Below are positions 29,289-46,868 of a DNA stretch of 64,000 nucleotides, one piece after another (position 1 is the stretch's first letter; every line of letters begins with the position of its first letter). The notes beneath the pieces were generated by a model. It was given only the letters and a program-made list of their open reading frames with translations. It searched no databases and was not told the DNA's origin. The position numbers and the translations under genes were made by a program. This stretch comes from the human T2T-CHM13v2.0 reference genome, Homo sapiens, in assembly GCF_009914755.1 (NCBI RefSeq), contig NC_060937.1. One strand, written 5' to 3'.

Positions 29289-29291
<3 letters not shown>

Positions 29292-29694
29292 ATTTGGGGG
29301 GATTTTCTTACATAGAAGATCATGTCATCCATGAACAGAGATATTTATACTTTTTCCTTTCTGATTTGGATGCCTTTTGTCTTTTTACCTAATGCCTCTG
29401 GCTAGGATTTCCAATATCATGTTGAATACAAGATGAAGAAGCAGGCTTCCTTGTCTTATTCCTGTCTTAAGGGAAAAGCGTTTGTCTTTGACCATTGAGT
29501 ATGATATTATCTGTGAGTTTTTCCCAAATGACCTTTACCATGTTGAGTAAGTTTCCTTCTGTCTCTTGTTTATTGAGTGTTTTTGTCAAGAAAGGGTGTT
29601 CAATTTTTCAAATTCTTTTTTGCAACAATTGAGATGATCATGTTTTGGTCTTTTCTCCTTCATCCTGTCAATGTGGTGTATTACATTGATTTTG

Positions 29695-30011
29695 GATTTT
29701 GTTTTGTTTCCTTGTTGGTTTGTTTGGAGACAGGGTCTCCCTCAGTTGCCCAGGCTGGAATGCAGTAGCATGATCTCAGCTCACGGCAACATTTGCCTCC
29801 CAGACTCAAGCAGTCCTCCCGCCTCAGCCTTCTGAGTTGCTGGGACCAAAGGTGCACACCACCACACCAGGCTAATTTTTACAATTTTTTTATTTTAGAA
29901 ATGAGGTCTCACTATGTTACACAGGCTGGTCTCAAACTCCTGAGCTGAAGTGATCCTTTCACCTTACCCTCCCAAAGTGCTGGGAGTACAGCCGTGGGCC
30001 ACTGCGCCTGC
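29695..30011 (-). mobile_element. Alu (J-type)
   Basis: Alu body; TSD CATTGATTTT on both sides. Confidence 0.9.
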
Positions 30012-30089
30012 TGCATTGATTTTCATATGTCATTATCCTTGCATTTTAAAAATAAATCCCACTAGATAAAGGTGTATAATCTTTTTATC

Positions 30090-30812
30090 ATAAATTTGTT
30101 TAACATCATTGTTGCCTTGGCATCCATTTTTAGGCCTAACATAAGTTGTTTAAAACTGAGTTATACCACCTCATCTTTGGCCTAGTTAAAACTTTCCCTC
30201 CCCATGTGGCTGTTTGCAGTGTGGGTCACTTGTTCTACATCTCACTGACCCAACATATCCCACAGCTGCTTACCACAATAAAACCAGAATCAACACCAGA
30301 GTCATGCAAATAATTTCCCCCCTTTACACATATTTTCTTTAAATTAGCCAGTTCACAACCCCTGCTGGAAAGCCTTAAGAGGTAATGCCTGTGGACCTTA
30401 ATAAAGGCAGAGTTCCACAGATTCACTCTTATCTGTGATTAACAAAATGCTGCTTTTATTTCATGTGTTTTGTTTTGCTGCCTCTGTGTCTCACCTGACT
30501 GACATACACATACCTAACTTTCCTCCCAGTCAGCACTCCTGGAGAGTGGCTATCTTGGCAGGAATAAACTGGACACAGGTCGGACAAGAACCACGAGGGC
30601 ATCTGCTAGTATAAACAAGTTTCCTGTGAGACATACACTTGGCCACAGGTCAGGCAAGAAGGCATTGTCCCATTCACCAAGATAAAGAAGTATCCTCTTT
30701 TGATTTACTGTAAACATCAGTGACCACCTCCTCTAGAGCCTTGTCGGGGCAGAGCTAGAGTTCCTGGCCACTCTCCAGAGAGAGACCCGAAGACCAAGTT
30801 AGAAGAAAACAA
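30090..30812. mobile_element. ERV-class LTR (LTR47-like; family uncertain)
   Basis: Non-L1 block interrupting the host ORF2, which resumes at AATCTTTTAATATGCTG; contains AATAAA signals and GGCCTAGTTAAAACTT / CAACACCAGAGTCATG motifs. Confidence 0.5.
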
Positions 30813-31250
30813 AATCTTTTAATATGCTGAATTTGGTTTATTAGTATTTCATTGAGGATATTTGCATCAGTATTGCAAGGGATATTGATCTGTAATTTTC
30901 TTATAGTGTCTTCATATAGCTTTGTTATCAGGGTAATGCAGCCTCTTAGAGTTAGTATTCCTCCATCTTTTTGTTTTTTGGAAGAATTTGAGATGGAATG
31001 GTGTTAATTCTTCTTTAAATGTTTGGTAGAATTCAGCAGTGAATCTATCTGGTCCAGGGCTTTTCATGTGTAGGAGGTTTTTGAATCCTGTTTGAACCTC
31101 TTTACTAGTTATAAGTCTACTCGGATTTTCTGATTCATGAGTCAGTCTTGGAAGGTTGTGTGTTTCTAGGAATTTGTCCATTTCATGTAGGTTATCCAGT
31201 TTGTTGGCATACAATTGTCTTCAATAATCTCTTACAATTTTTTACTTCTT

Positions 31251-31543
<293 letters not shown>

Positions 31544-32837
31544 ATTTTTTTTTTCTTAAAATTGGTAGTATTGTCTGCACTTTTATTTCTGATTTTATTA
31601 ACTTCAGACTTCTCTTTCTTTTCTAGTTATTCTAGCTAAAGATTTGTCAATTTTGCTGATCTTTTCAAATAATCAACTTTTGGCTTTATTGATGTTCTGT
31701 TTCTTTATCCTGTCTCATTTATTTTTGCTCTAATCTTTATTATTTCTTCTGCTACTTTTGGGTAATTTTCTCTTTTTCTGTTGTCTTATGGTATATAGTT
31801 AGGTTCTTAATTTGCAATATTTTAAAATTGGGTATATAGCTATAAATTTCCCTCTTAGCACTGTTTTATTGCATCTCATGAGTTTGGTATGTTTTGTTTT
31901 CATTTTCCTTTGTCTTGAAGCATTTTCTAATTTCTCTTAGGATTTCTTCTTTGACCTGTTGGTAGTTTGTGGTGTTTAGTTTCTACATATTTGAATTTTG
32001 CAGTTTTTCTCGTTTTTGATTTCCAGTTTCCTTTCATTGTCATAGAGACAAATACATTTTATGATTTCAATTTTTTGAAATGTATTAAGACATTTTGCAG
32101 CCTAACATATGGTCTATTCTGAGAATGTTCTAAGTGGCCTTGTAGGAAAAAAAAAGAAAAGGTATATTTTACTATTGGCTAGAGTGTTTTGTGTATGTCT
32201 GTTAGGACCTGTTGGTTTACAGTGTTATTCAAGTCTTCTGTTTCCTTATTGATACTCTGTCTGGATGTTTTATGCACTATTGAAAGTGGAATATTAAAGC
32301 CTTCTATTTTTATTATTGAACTGTCTATTTTTTCCTTCAATTCTGTCAATGTTTGCTTCATATATTTGGGTCTTTGATGTGTACTGCATAATTGCTTATA
32401 ATTGTTATATCTTACTGGTGAATTGGCCTTTTTATCAATTTATAATGTCCTTTCTCTCTTGTAAGAATTTTTTATTTAAAGTCTGTTTTGCCTGATACCA
32501 CCAGTAAAGCCATCTCAGATCTCTCTTGATTACTATTTGCATGGAGTATTTTCTTCCATCCTTTGACTTTCAACCTGTGTATAGCATAAGGTATAAAGTG
32601 TATCTCTTGTGGACAGCATATAGTTGGATCATGTTTTTTTTTAATTAATTCTGCCAATCTTTGTCTTTTAATTGGAGAGTTTAATACATTTACATTTAAA
32701 GTAATTACTGATAAGGAAAGACTTCTGCCATTTGCTGTTTTCTGTATCTTATCACACTTTTATTCCTTCTTTCCTCCATTAGAGCCCTCTTTTGTGTTTA
32801 GTTGCTTTTTTCTTTTTAGTATGATGTATTTTTTAAA

Positions 32838-33295
32838 ATCTCTTTTGTAATTGTGTTAAAAAACACACAGAATTTATTATCTTAACCATTTTTTAGTGTA
32901 ACTTCAGTAGTGTTAACCATATTCGTATTACCATGCAATAGATTTCTAGAACATTTTCATCTTGCAAACTGAAACTATACTCGTTAAACAACAGCACATT
33001 TCTCCCTGCTTCCAACCTCTGGCCAGCACAATATTACTTCTGCATTTTTATGAATTTTACTATGTTAGATACCTTGTATAAGTGGTCTCAGACAGAATTT
33101 GTCTTTCTGTGACTGGCTTATTTTACTTATAATAATGTCCTAAAGATTCATCCATGTTGTAAGCATTGATAGGATTTCCTATTTTAAGGCTGAATAATAC
33201 TTCTTTGTATGTATATACTGCATTTTAAAAATCCCTTCATTTGTCAGTGGACATTTGGATTGTCTGCTGTAATGAACATGGAAATGCAAATATTA
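32838..33295 (-). mobile_element. Short 3' fragment of a second L1M element
   Basis: TTATCTTAACCATTTTTAGTGTA...CATCTTGCAAACTGAAACT...AAGGCTGAATAATAC L1M 3' end nested between host ORF2 and ORF1. Confidence 0.7.
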
Positions 33296-33859
33296 TAGTA
33301 TCAGGTTTTGCTTCCCTTCTTGTTTCCTTTTTGTGTTTATCTTGTAGATTATTTTTTATCATTACCATGGAGATTACATATAACATCCTAAAGTTATAAC
33401 AATCCAATATGAGTTAATACCAACATAATTTTAACTTCACAAAAAACTACTTCTCTGCAGCTCTCTTTTTCCAGTATTTTTGATGTCACAAATTAATCTC
33501 TATACTGTGTGCTCAATAACATAGATTTGTAATTATTTATGCATTTGTCTTTTAAATCCTGTAGAAAATAAAAAAGTAGAATTATAAACCAAAATTGCAA
33601 TAATACTGACTTTCCCATTTACCCATGTATTTACCTTCACCAGAGATCTTAATATCCTCATGTGACTTTGAGGTACTGTCTAGTGTCCTCTCATTGCAAC
33701 CTGAAGGACTTCCATTAGCATTTCTTACAGGGCAGATCTAGTGGTAATAGAGTCCCTCAGCCCTTGTTTACCTAGGACTGTCTTAATTTTTCTCACGTTT
33801 TTGAAGGTTAGTTTTGCCAAATGTATAATTTTCAGTTGACAGGTTGTGTTTTTCTTTAG

Positions 33860-34551
<692 letters not shown>

Positions 34552-34727
34552 CTCCAAGATTTCTAATATGAGAAACTGACTTATAATCTTCTTGAGTCTC
34601 TTTGTATATGACATGTTGCATCTCTTTTGCTGCTTCCCAGATTTTCTCTTTGGCTTTGCCTTTTTAGAGTTTGATTATGTGTCTTGGTGTATGATTCTTT
34701 GGGTTTATCCTATTTGGAGTCTAATAG

Positions 34728-35179
34728 TGTCTTAGTTCCCTGGAGCTGGTGTAACAAATTACTGTTAATTGGGCAGCTTAAACAACAGAATTTATTGTCA
34801 ACAGTTTTGGAGTCTAGAAGTATGAGATCAGTTTGTCAGAAGAGTTGATTTCTTCTGAGGGGTTTGAGGGAAAATCCATTTCACCTCTCTGCTTTAGATT
34901 TTGGTGGCTTGCTGGCAATCTTTTGTGCACCTTTGCCTTTGCTGCATCACCCTGATCTCTCCCTTCATCTTCACATGGAGTTCTCCTTGTATATTTGTCT
35001 GTACCCAAATTTTGCCGTTTTTATAAAGACATTGATCATACTGAATTAGGGCCCATCCTAATGACCTCATTTTAACATGATTATAAAGAACCTGTATCGA
35101 AATTAGGTCATATTTGAGATACTGGAGATTATAGCTCTCCAACATATCTTTGGGGGAAGATACAAATCAACTCCTAACG
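34728..35179 (-). mobile_element. MLT1-family MaLR solo LTR
   Basis: TGTCTTAGTT...CTTAAACAACAGAATTTATT...GGGCCCATCCTAATGACCTCATTTTAAC. Confidence 0.8.
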
Positions 35180-35689
35180 TTAGACTTCTTGGATTTGTAG
35201 GTTCATGTCTTTCTTTAAATTGGGGACTTCTACCATTTTTAAAAATAATTTTTTGCCTCTTTGTCTCTCTCTTCCTTCTATGACTTTCATAATGTCTCTG
35301 TTGGTTCACTTGAGCCCCTTAGGCTCTGTTTACTTCTCTCCATTCTTTTTTCTTTCTGCTTCTCAGACTCGATATTTAAATTTTCCTATCTTCAAGTTCA
35401 CTGATTATTTTTCTTCTTTCCACTCAATGCTGCTTTTGAACCCCTCTATTGAATTTTTTCTCCTTAGTTATTATACTTTTGAGCTCCAGAATTTCCTTTT
35501 TATAATTTGTATCACTTGCTGATATTCCCATTTTATTCATACATCATTTTCCGAATTTTCTTTAGTTCTTTGTTTTCCCTTAGCCCTTTTAACATATTTA
35601 AGACAGTTGAGTATTTTTGATTTGCATTTTTTTTCTGGTTGCACATGTCTGCATAATTATTAAAATAATTTCAGAAAATAATGAAGCAG

Positions 35690-36560
<871 letters not shown>

Positions 36561-36873
36561 ATATGAAACGAAACCTAAAGGGTCGTGAATATAAAATGAA
36601 ATGACAGAGGTCCCTGATGCTGTGACACAGAAACTTCTGATATCAGTCAGTACCTGCAAGCCCTATTCAGTCCCTTTTCAGGATTACTGCTTACTTCTGG
36701 TTTTCAGTGAGGTCAGGAATTCTTGACACTTTGTGTCATATCTTTACAGTTAGTTTCATACTTTCGTATGTTTTCATGTTAATGTCCTTTCATTTCAACT
36801 TTAAGAACTCATAGAATTTCTTGTAAGGCAGGTATAGTGGTGATGAACTCCCATAGCTCTTGTTTGGGATTAA

Positions 36874-37183
<310 letters not shown>

Positions 37184-39430
37184 AAGAGAGTTGTTTTAAA
37201 AGCTGTAGTAGTTCATTTGTTTTGGTACTTTTCCAAACTGTTTCAAAGACCATTCCTTGTCATGTATGATCACTGAAGTCTGTTGTTTCTTTGGCTTGTA
37301 CTCAGCTAATGATTGACAGAGTTCCTTGAATGTCAGGAGCTGAAACAAAGAAGAGACAGAGAAAGAGGAAGGCGCCATCTTTCCTAGACTTTGTGGACTA
37401 GCTCTTTGGTGGGCACTTCTTCACCATTTAGAGAGGCTGAGCCTAGGAATCAGCCTGAGGTCATAGTTAAAGTCTTTTTATTTCTTTTCTGGGCATGCAT
37501 CTTGTCAGGGCAGACATGTGGCTTTGTAAACTCTACCATATATATGACTGCTTTTGAATGTCCTAATTTCGTAAAGATTCTCACCCCAGATTCTCCTCCT
37601 GGCCTTAGATGGTCTATTGTATGTTTCTACTCATAAACTCTTCCTTCCAAGCAGCTGTGCTTGGTACTCCCCTTTGCCACGTTTACAAGTGGTCCCTGCA
37701 GTTCTTCCTGCCTGTGTTCCAAGTTATATGAAACAAAAACTAGCTCTTTGCATCAGTCTTGCAGGTATCTCCCGGACTTAGGATACATATACACAGTAAT
37801 TTGCATATAAGTTCTGGTCTGTTCCCTCTGGTTCAGGGGAGGGAACTGAGAACTGGACTGCCACTGCTTAAGACCAAGACCATTGTCATTCTGGGAAGAG
37901 GGTAGGGTGAGGCAAGTAAAAATACCACAAAACTTTCCTACCATTTAGAAAATTGCTTTTACTTCATTAGGCTTCTTGGTTACTGTAAACTTTGGATTGC
38001 TTTGTAGAGATCTGATCTAATAAAGTTGGTTGAGACACTTTCTCATTTTTTCAATGTTTCTGTATTGGAAGAAGAACTTAAAGCTTCCTAATCTATTTTG
38101 TTGGCGTCATTCCTCTGCTGAATTTTTAAATGTTCACTCTGGCTTACCTGTTAATGGAAGAATTTGCATAATATCTACTTAGAAAGGTAAGTTAAAAGTA
38201 GTTTTAAAGTAATTTAAATGAAATAACAAGATAAGGATTCAGAAAATTTTCACTTGCATCATTATACTCACAAGAAAAAAATTCATTTTTTCCATTGAAA
38301 TAGATTTCAAAATATTTTTTAACATTAAGAATTGGTATTTGGAGAAATAAACTTATAATCCTTGATTTTTTTGGTAGTATAGAAAACTTTAGAAACTTTT
38401 TTGATTATAATAGATAGCACCATTTAATAAGAGAAAAGTCTGTATTACTAAAGAATGCAATCATTCCACAAACCTTACTGAATCATTGATTTAAGGAAGA
38501 ATTATCAATTCACATTAAGATGGATGGTTGATAAGATACTGGATATTCATATAATGCCAAAGTAGCACCACATAAATTCTTAAGACTTCGTTATTACAAG
38601 GGCATAAACAGAACTATACACATTGAGAGGGGTCAGGATCATCACTGCAATCGATAAATGAATCTTAGCATATTAGTAGTCATTAAGTATTAGGCCTTGA
38701 TGTGTTGCAACTTGAGTATGAAAAAGCCACCTATGACACAGTCTAGCCAAAAAGATTTGCCTTGGATCCATCAAACCCTTAGGAGTAACTTTCAGCCTTT
38801 GGAAAATTCAGCAGATAGACCTTACTCTATGGAAGAATAAGCTAAATAGCAGCATGAGGATATAACCACATAAATCCATAAGGTATGGGGCATTCTGCAG
38901 AAAAATAAGCTGGCTGTCTTCAACAAGACATGTTCATTAAAAGCAGAGGACTGTACTAGATTATAAAAGTGTTATGGAGATAACAATCAGAAGCAGTATA
39001 TAATCTTGGTTTGTAATGGGTTTGGATCAGTTAAGGAAAACTAAATGTGAGCTAGAAATACTAGTAGGAACAGTTACTGAAATAGAACAAGTGAGAAATG
39101 ATAGAAAAATGTAAGTGATTGTATGTGTGGTAAAGTCTAGTTTTGGTAAAAACATATACAGTGAGTGTGTGTATGTATGGAAAAATATCTTGAAGAATAT
39201 ATACACTAAGTTGTCTAGCAGAATGTGACTTTATTTTTATGTCTATACTAATTTTCTATACTGGTTCTGCAATAAAATTTTGTAAAATAAATTACGTAAC
39301 ACAATTGATAGATTTACATTCAATTCAAGTTTTAATGTTTCATAATTTCAATGACAGTGCTTGTAATTCATTCAAAACTTACATTTTAAGTTTCTGTGAA
39401 ATGACAGTGCTTTATCCCTTTATTTGCTAG

Positions 39431-39584
39431 ATAGAGGGCCTGGATATTTTATTTCTATTAAAGACAATCGAGGAATTCTATAAAAGTGAAGATGGAGAAA
39501 ATCTGGAAATCCTCTGTCCAGTTCAAGATCAAGCCTGTGTAGCTAAATTTGAAGATGGAATTTGGTACCGAGCAAAAGTTATCG
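39431..39584 (+). CDS. RNF17: RNF17 coding exon 10, Tudor domain first half
   Basis: GCTAG|ATA GAG GGC = [17 protein letters not shown]...[17 protein letters not shown]; donor CG|GTAGGA; phase 0 to 1. Confidence 0.93.
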
Positions 39585-40304
39585 GTAGGAGAATGCATGC
39601 TGTTTCTACAGGGAGATGTCATACTTCAAAACTAATATCATTTGAGTTGGTACCAATTCAATCTTGGAAGTAATGTTATTTGATCTTATCATTTGCTCTG
39701 CCATCTGTCTTTAGAAAAGCTAGTGATAATGTTGAAAGGTGAATCTATCTTCTGATATTTTGTTTGACTTGACTAGAACTTAACCATTGGGAATCTTGCT
39801 GGAAAAGTTGTATAGATAGAACAAAGCAACAGAAATTAATTATTCAAAAACCGGTGAACTCTAGTTTGATGTTGACTGTTTGTCTGTCCCATGCTATTTT
39901 GATTGTCAAGGTACAAATTAAAGGTGAGTCCTTTGTGTCCTCTCTGCTTCCCTTCAATTTTAATATATTCTTCTTTCCTGGGAATTATTGACTGAACTGC
40001 TAGTTTTCTCGATATATTTTTTCTACTTTTTCTACATCCTCCTTAAGTAATTGATTCAACTTATGAAATAATGGGAAGAATAAAAAGTGGGATTGAAGAC
40101 AGAAGATTTATGAAAATGGAGGTATTAGCAACAAAAATAATAAAGTTTATTATTCCCCAGCATTGACTAAGACAGAACATTACAGACTAAGCTTTTGTGG
40201 GTTATGAAATTAGATATACCATAGGCAGTTTAACCCATTGTGTTGTTTCTTTTATATGCTTTCTAGTTTGTAGATATGTCCTTTTTTAATTGAAAGAGTA
40301 AAAA

Positions 40305-41043
<739 letters not shown>

Positions 41044-41266
41044 AATTTTTTTTACTTTAGTTTGATACTGTTTAAAATGTTTTTTCCATTATTAAGGTAA
41101 TCTAAGATCTTTACAAATTATTCCTAATATATAATCAGTTCTGTTTGTATCAAAACTATTCTTGCAACCTGAGTTTTCTATCCTTCATTTGTCACCACTG
41201 ATTTTAATTTTGTTAATGGTTAGTGACTTGAACTAACTACAGATTTTCAAATGTGGTTCTTATGAA

Positions 41267-41864
<598 letters not shown>

Positions 41865-42645
41865 ATGAAGATACCACTGTATAGTTTCGTAAATATCTTT
41901 GGAGCAAACAAAAGCATTTTCATGACACTAAGGACTTTGCAATTGCTTTTCAAATTAGGATTATTGGCTTGAAAATGTTATCTATTTGGTGAACAATAAG
42001 GCCTCTGAAATCTTTGAGTAGTAACATTTGGGGAAGATGGAGTGTGCATGGTGCTCATTCTACTTCTTCTTCATTTCTATTAGCACCACTTTTGGGGTGC
42101 TAATAGAAATGTATGTGTGATTTGTTTGGCCCATTTTCCTGTATCTTCTGTGGTCCTGTTGAACTCCCTCTTGAAGATGATACTTGGTTTGGTGAATAGT
42201 AGCTCTTTTGTTTTTTATCTGCCTAATTTAAAAGTTAATGCTAAAAGACACACTCCACTTCCCTCCTTGAAGGCAATTACTTTTCATTCTTTCAGCTGTT
42301 TCGTTGTTTACTTGTGTTCCTTCTTCTAATATGTAATACTTCAGTTGACACTTCAGTTTTAGATATTACCTGTTATTCTGTCAGACAAATTTTGGATCTC
42401 CATAGCCCTTTTGTCCTCCTTTTTCTCTTTTCTATAGTTGTATCACAATTTTTCATTAAATTCATACTCTGTGTAAATAAAGCCATAAAGTATACTTTTT
42501 AAAATTCTATTGTGAGTTCATAATTATGTTCACTTTTCACTTTATTTTCTTTTAATTTGTGAGTGTATTTTTAATAGTTCAAAACCATTTTCCATATGAC
42601 AAATGTTAGTTTGATTTTTTTTTTTTTTAAGCATGAAAACATCCT

Positions 42646-42908
42646 TTTTGAGACGGTCTTACTCTGTTATCCAGGCTGGAGTGCAGTGGAACATGATCAT
42701 GGTTCACTGCGACCTCTGCTTCCTGGGCTTAAGCAGTCCTCCCACCTCAGCCCCCAGATTAGCCGGGGCTATAGGCACTTGCCACCACGCCTGGCTAATT
42801 TATATATTTTTTTTGTAGAGGTGGGGTCAAACTCCTGGGCTCAAGTGATCCTCCTGCCTCTGCCTCCCAAAGCACTGAGATTACAGGTGTGAGCCATCAC
42901 ATGTGGCC
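42646..42908 (-). mobile_element. Alu (J-type, internal deletion)
   Basis: Alu body; TSD AAAACATCCTTT. Confidence 0.9.
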
Positions 42909-43779
42909 AAAAACATCCTTTATCTTTTCCAATTGGGCTGCTTACCCCCTAGGCCTTACTACACATTTTTTATTCTGGAAATGTATTTCAGTTGGCTATA
43001 CACTTCATTGTCCTCCAGTATTGGATCCCTTGTTTTCTGGATGCCATGTTTACCTCTTGAGTTTAATTCCCTTTTTCGCATGGAGCCATCTTCCCATAGT
43101 TTCTCCAGAGAACATAAATGGGGAAATTTGAGACCTTCCATGTCTGACTCTGTTCTCATGTGATAATTTAGATAAAACAATAACATTCTTTAAATTACTT
43201 TCCATATCCATCTATTTGTTTAAAACTACATTTCCATTCAGAGACTTTAGGAAGAGTAAGAATCTAATGGCATTGGCAGAATTGAGAACATCCTTCTAGC
43301 AAGGGGATTCCAGTGGAAGTTGGGAGAGGTTCCCCCATCTTTTGGCTTTATAATAACACTTATCTTCTCAATTATCATGGATATCTCCTACCATAGGGCC
43401 TATGTTTGAAGTGTCATCTTGAATGAGTGCTAGTGCTGTGCCACTTGCTTCTACTTCTCCCAAGGAGCAGAGAATACTGGATTTTTTTGCATATTGAAAT
43501 GACAGATACTGTATTAGTCTTTAAGTTTGAAAACTATGTATTTTGAGTATTTTCAAAAAGGTTAGTGTGTGATACGTCTTTTTTAAAAACTTCTCTGTGT
43601 TTGAAACTTCCAGAGATTTCTTTAAAGTATAGAGAATAGACTGGTACAGAGGTCTCTCTCTACTTGTTTTTTTGCAATATGCCCCAAGTACAATATTTTT
43701 TCAAAATTTCACAGATACTGTTATATGAATGAATCTTTGTTGAATCTTTTGCCTTGTTTTATCACCTATGTTGACTCAC

Positions 43780-44050
43780 AGTAAACATGTATTAAGTGCT
43801 TACTTTGTACCTTGTGCTTTTTAAATAGGCGAATCCTCCAAAAACATCTCATGAAGTTAGATTATATTGGTATACCCGTTTTACAGATGAAGTAATGAGG
43901 CTTAGAGAGAAAAAGTAACTTGCTCAGGGTAATATCTTAGAGATATTAATTAGCTTGCTTTAGGTCACATAGAATTTTAGTGACGGAGCTAGTGTTCAAA
44001 ACTGGTCAGTCTGACTCAAAGCCTGATTCTTAACTTTTAAGTCATACCAC
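43780..44050. mobile_element. MIR SINE (other probable MIRs near 12400-12590, 18690-18950, 60950-61110 and 61855-62090)
   Basis: CCCGTTTTACAGATGAAGTAATGAGGCTTAGAGAG..AAGTAACTTGCTCAGGGT MIR core. Confidence 0.7.
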
Positions 44051-44306
44051 CTGCCATATAATTTTGTTATCCTGATTTTGGCTATCCTTTGAATATTTAA
44101 AGCATACTAGTTTTTCATTCTTATAAGTCTGCACTATGGATGATTTCGGGGTTCACATATTTGAAATATTTTTTACATTTTAAAAAGTATTAAGTTTGTA
44201 TATTGAAGCTAAAAGTATTCTAATCTAGTTGGCCATAAACCAATCTAAATTTTTCTAGATAATTCTGTTTCCAAGTTTGTAATTTCTAATTTCATAATTT
44301 TTCAAG

Positions 44307-44422
44307 GATTGCCTGGACATCAGGAAGTTGAAGTTAAATATGTGGACTTTGGTAATACTGCAAAAATAACAATCAAAGACGTGCGTAAAATAAAGGATGA
44401 GTTTCTGAATGCCCCAGAGAAG
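44307..44422 (+). CDS. RNF17: RNF17 coding exon 11, Tudor domain second half
   Basis: TCAAG|GA TTG CCT = [38 protein letters not shown]; donor AG|GTAATC; phase 1 to 0. Confidence 0.93.
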
Positions 44423-44981
44423 GTAATCTATTTATTATGAATTCTAGGGCTAGAATATCAGCACAAATATGGAAGTATTTTTAGAAGCTATTGTCATCAT
44501 AGAAATGTTAGTGTCCCTTTTTGTCTAGTTGCTGATACAGGGACTATAGATAAATGTTGCTGTGGTTACTATTGAGGAAATAATATGTATATCATGGCAA
44601 ATAAGCGTATTAAACATTAATCAGGTATATTTGTGTCTTAAGTACTTGTTGGCAGCTTTTAATATATCATTTTGAGATCATATATTGTGGTAAGAGTCAC
44701 GTTCATGATATATCAAGTTAAAAATGCTTATCTCAGAAGTACTTCTACTGTGATCATATTTATACTTAAGTATATATGTGTGTACAATAGAGAAACCTGG
44801 GAGAATATGTAAAAAACTGAACCTTGTTTATCTCTGGGGAGGAGTAGTATTCTGAAAGAAGGGTAAGAAGGAGCCTTGTTTTCTAATTTATATACTGTTG
44901 TTTGAGTTGTTTTTAAGCCATGTTTTTCATTTTAGGAAGTGTGTAGTATTATAGAAAAAAATTTTAAAATACAAATGAGCA

Positions 44982-45301
<320 letters not shown>

Positions 45302-45681
45302 TCAGAATCATTGTTCAATATTTTTGATATCTGTACTTCCAGATACATCTTCTGTGCTTTCAGCAGTTATAGAATCAGACTATAAATCATCCTGTAACCT
45401 GCTTTTTACAAGTAATTAATGTATCATAAGTGTCTGTAATGAATGCTTGTTATTCCAGTATGTGAATGTACAACAGTTCATTCAGCCAAATACTGTGCTG
45501 ATTTCAATGATTTGTGTTTATAAAGTACTTTTACAGACGCCTTCACACATTATTTGATTATTTCTAATATGTATGAAATTCAAACATAAAGATTAGTTTT
45601 GTACACACTTAATAAAACTTGAATTCTAAAGTAGGTAGAAATTAAATTTTTTTCTTAATGGTGGAATTTTGTCTGACACAG

Positions 45682-45802
45682 GCAATTAAATGTAAGTTGG
45701 CCTATATTGAACCATATAAAAGGACAATGCAGTGGTCCAAAGAAGCTAAAGAAAAATTTGAAGAAAAGGCTCAAGATAAATTTATGACATGTTCAGTTAT
45801 CA
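45682..45802 (+). CDS. RNF17: RNF17 coding exon 12
   Basis: CACAG|GCA ATT AAA = [40 protein letters not shown]; donor CA|GTAAGT; phase 0 to 1. Confidence 0.93.
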
Positions 45803-46564
45803 GTAAGTTCCATTTTTACTTGTTATGTAATCACATATAATTTTAAATAATAATATGAATAACATTTGTCAAATTTTAGAATAAATTCAGTGTGCCATCA
45901 GTAGTGGTGGTGAGAGATAAGATTTGTTGAGAATTAGGTACAATGGAATTATATCTTTTATGGACTCTAAAGTCATCAGGACAAAAATCACCATAAAAGA
46001 TCAAGTCACCCTTGACATGGCCCCTTGAAAGCCCTAAAGCCAGGAATTAGCTTCTTTTATTTGTTTGCATTTTTGCTAGGGCTCTGTCCTTGTCCTTAAC
46101 ATAGTGGATGCTAACGTTTAATTTCCAGGAAAGTGAGGGGAGGTGGGACATGATTGGTAAACAGCTTTTCCTTGCTGTTTTTTGTCTCACTGGCTTAAAC
46201 AAATTCAACTGTGGGTTCTCAGCATAATTTGAAAAAAGTTATTCCTTTTTTAGAGCAATTGGGACCAAAATAGAGTCTGACCACTAGCCCACGATTTTGT
46301 AACATAACAAGTTCTGAAAATCAAAAGTTCAGCAGCAAAATTGGTTCTGAATTGGCATGAGGCTGTATATAGTTTTTATCTCGTTTATAGTGAATATTCA
46401 TATTTTACTTCAAGATAATGTTTGTGGGCTGCTGCCCCAGACTCTGCTGGGGTATTAGATACATATACACGATAGGTGCTGAGTAGCTTTTCTCAATTAG
46501 ACGAATTTTGAATTCTGAAACATGCCTGGCCCCAAGGGTTTTAGATAGGGGGATTGGGAATCTG

Positions 46565-46868
46565 GTTTGGTTTTTTTGTTTTTTGAGACAGGGTTTCATT
46601 CTGTCACCCAAGCTGGAGTACAATGGTGTGAACAATGGCTCACTGCAGCCTCAACCTCCAGGGCTCAAGTGATCTTCCTGCCTTAGCCTACCATGTAGCT
46701 TGGACCACAGGCATATGCCACCATGGCCAGCTAATTTTTAAATTTTTTTTGTAGAGATGGGATCTTACTTTGTTGCTCAGGCCAGTCTCGAACTCTTGGG
46801 CTCAAGCGATGCTCCCTCCTCGGCCTCCCAAAGTTCTGGGATTACAGGTGTGAGCCACTTTGCCTGAC
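46565..46868 (-). mobile_element. Alu (J-type)
   Basis: Alu body; TSD TGGGAATCTG. Confidence 0.9.

Noticed and set aside
39427-39436. Tandem acceptors CTAG|ATAG|AG at exon 10
   Set aside because: The first AG gives the correct phase; use of the others cannot be supported from sequence alone.
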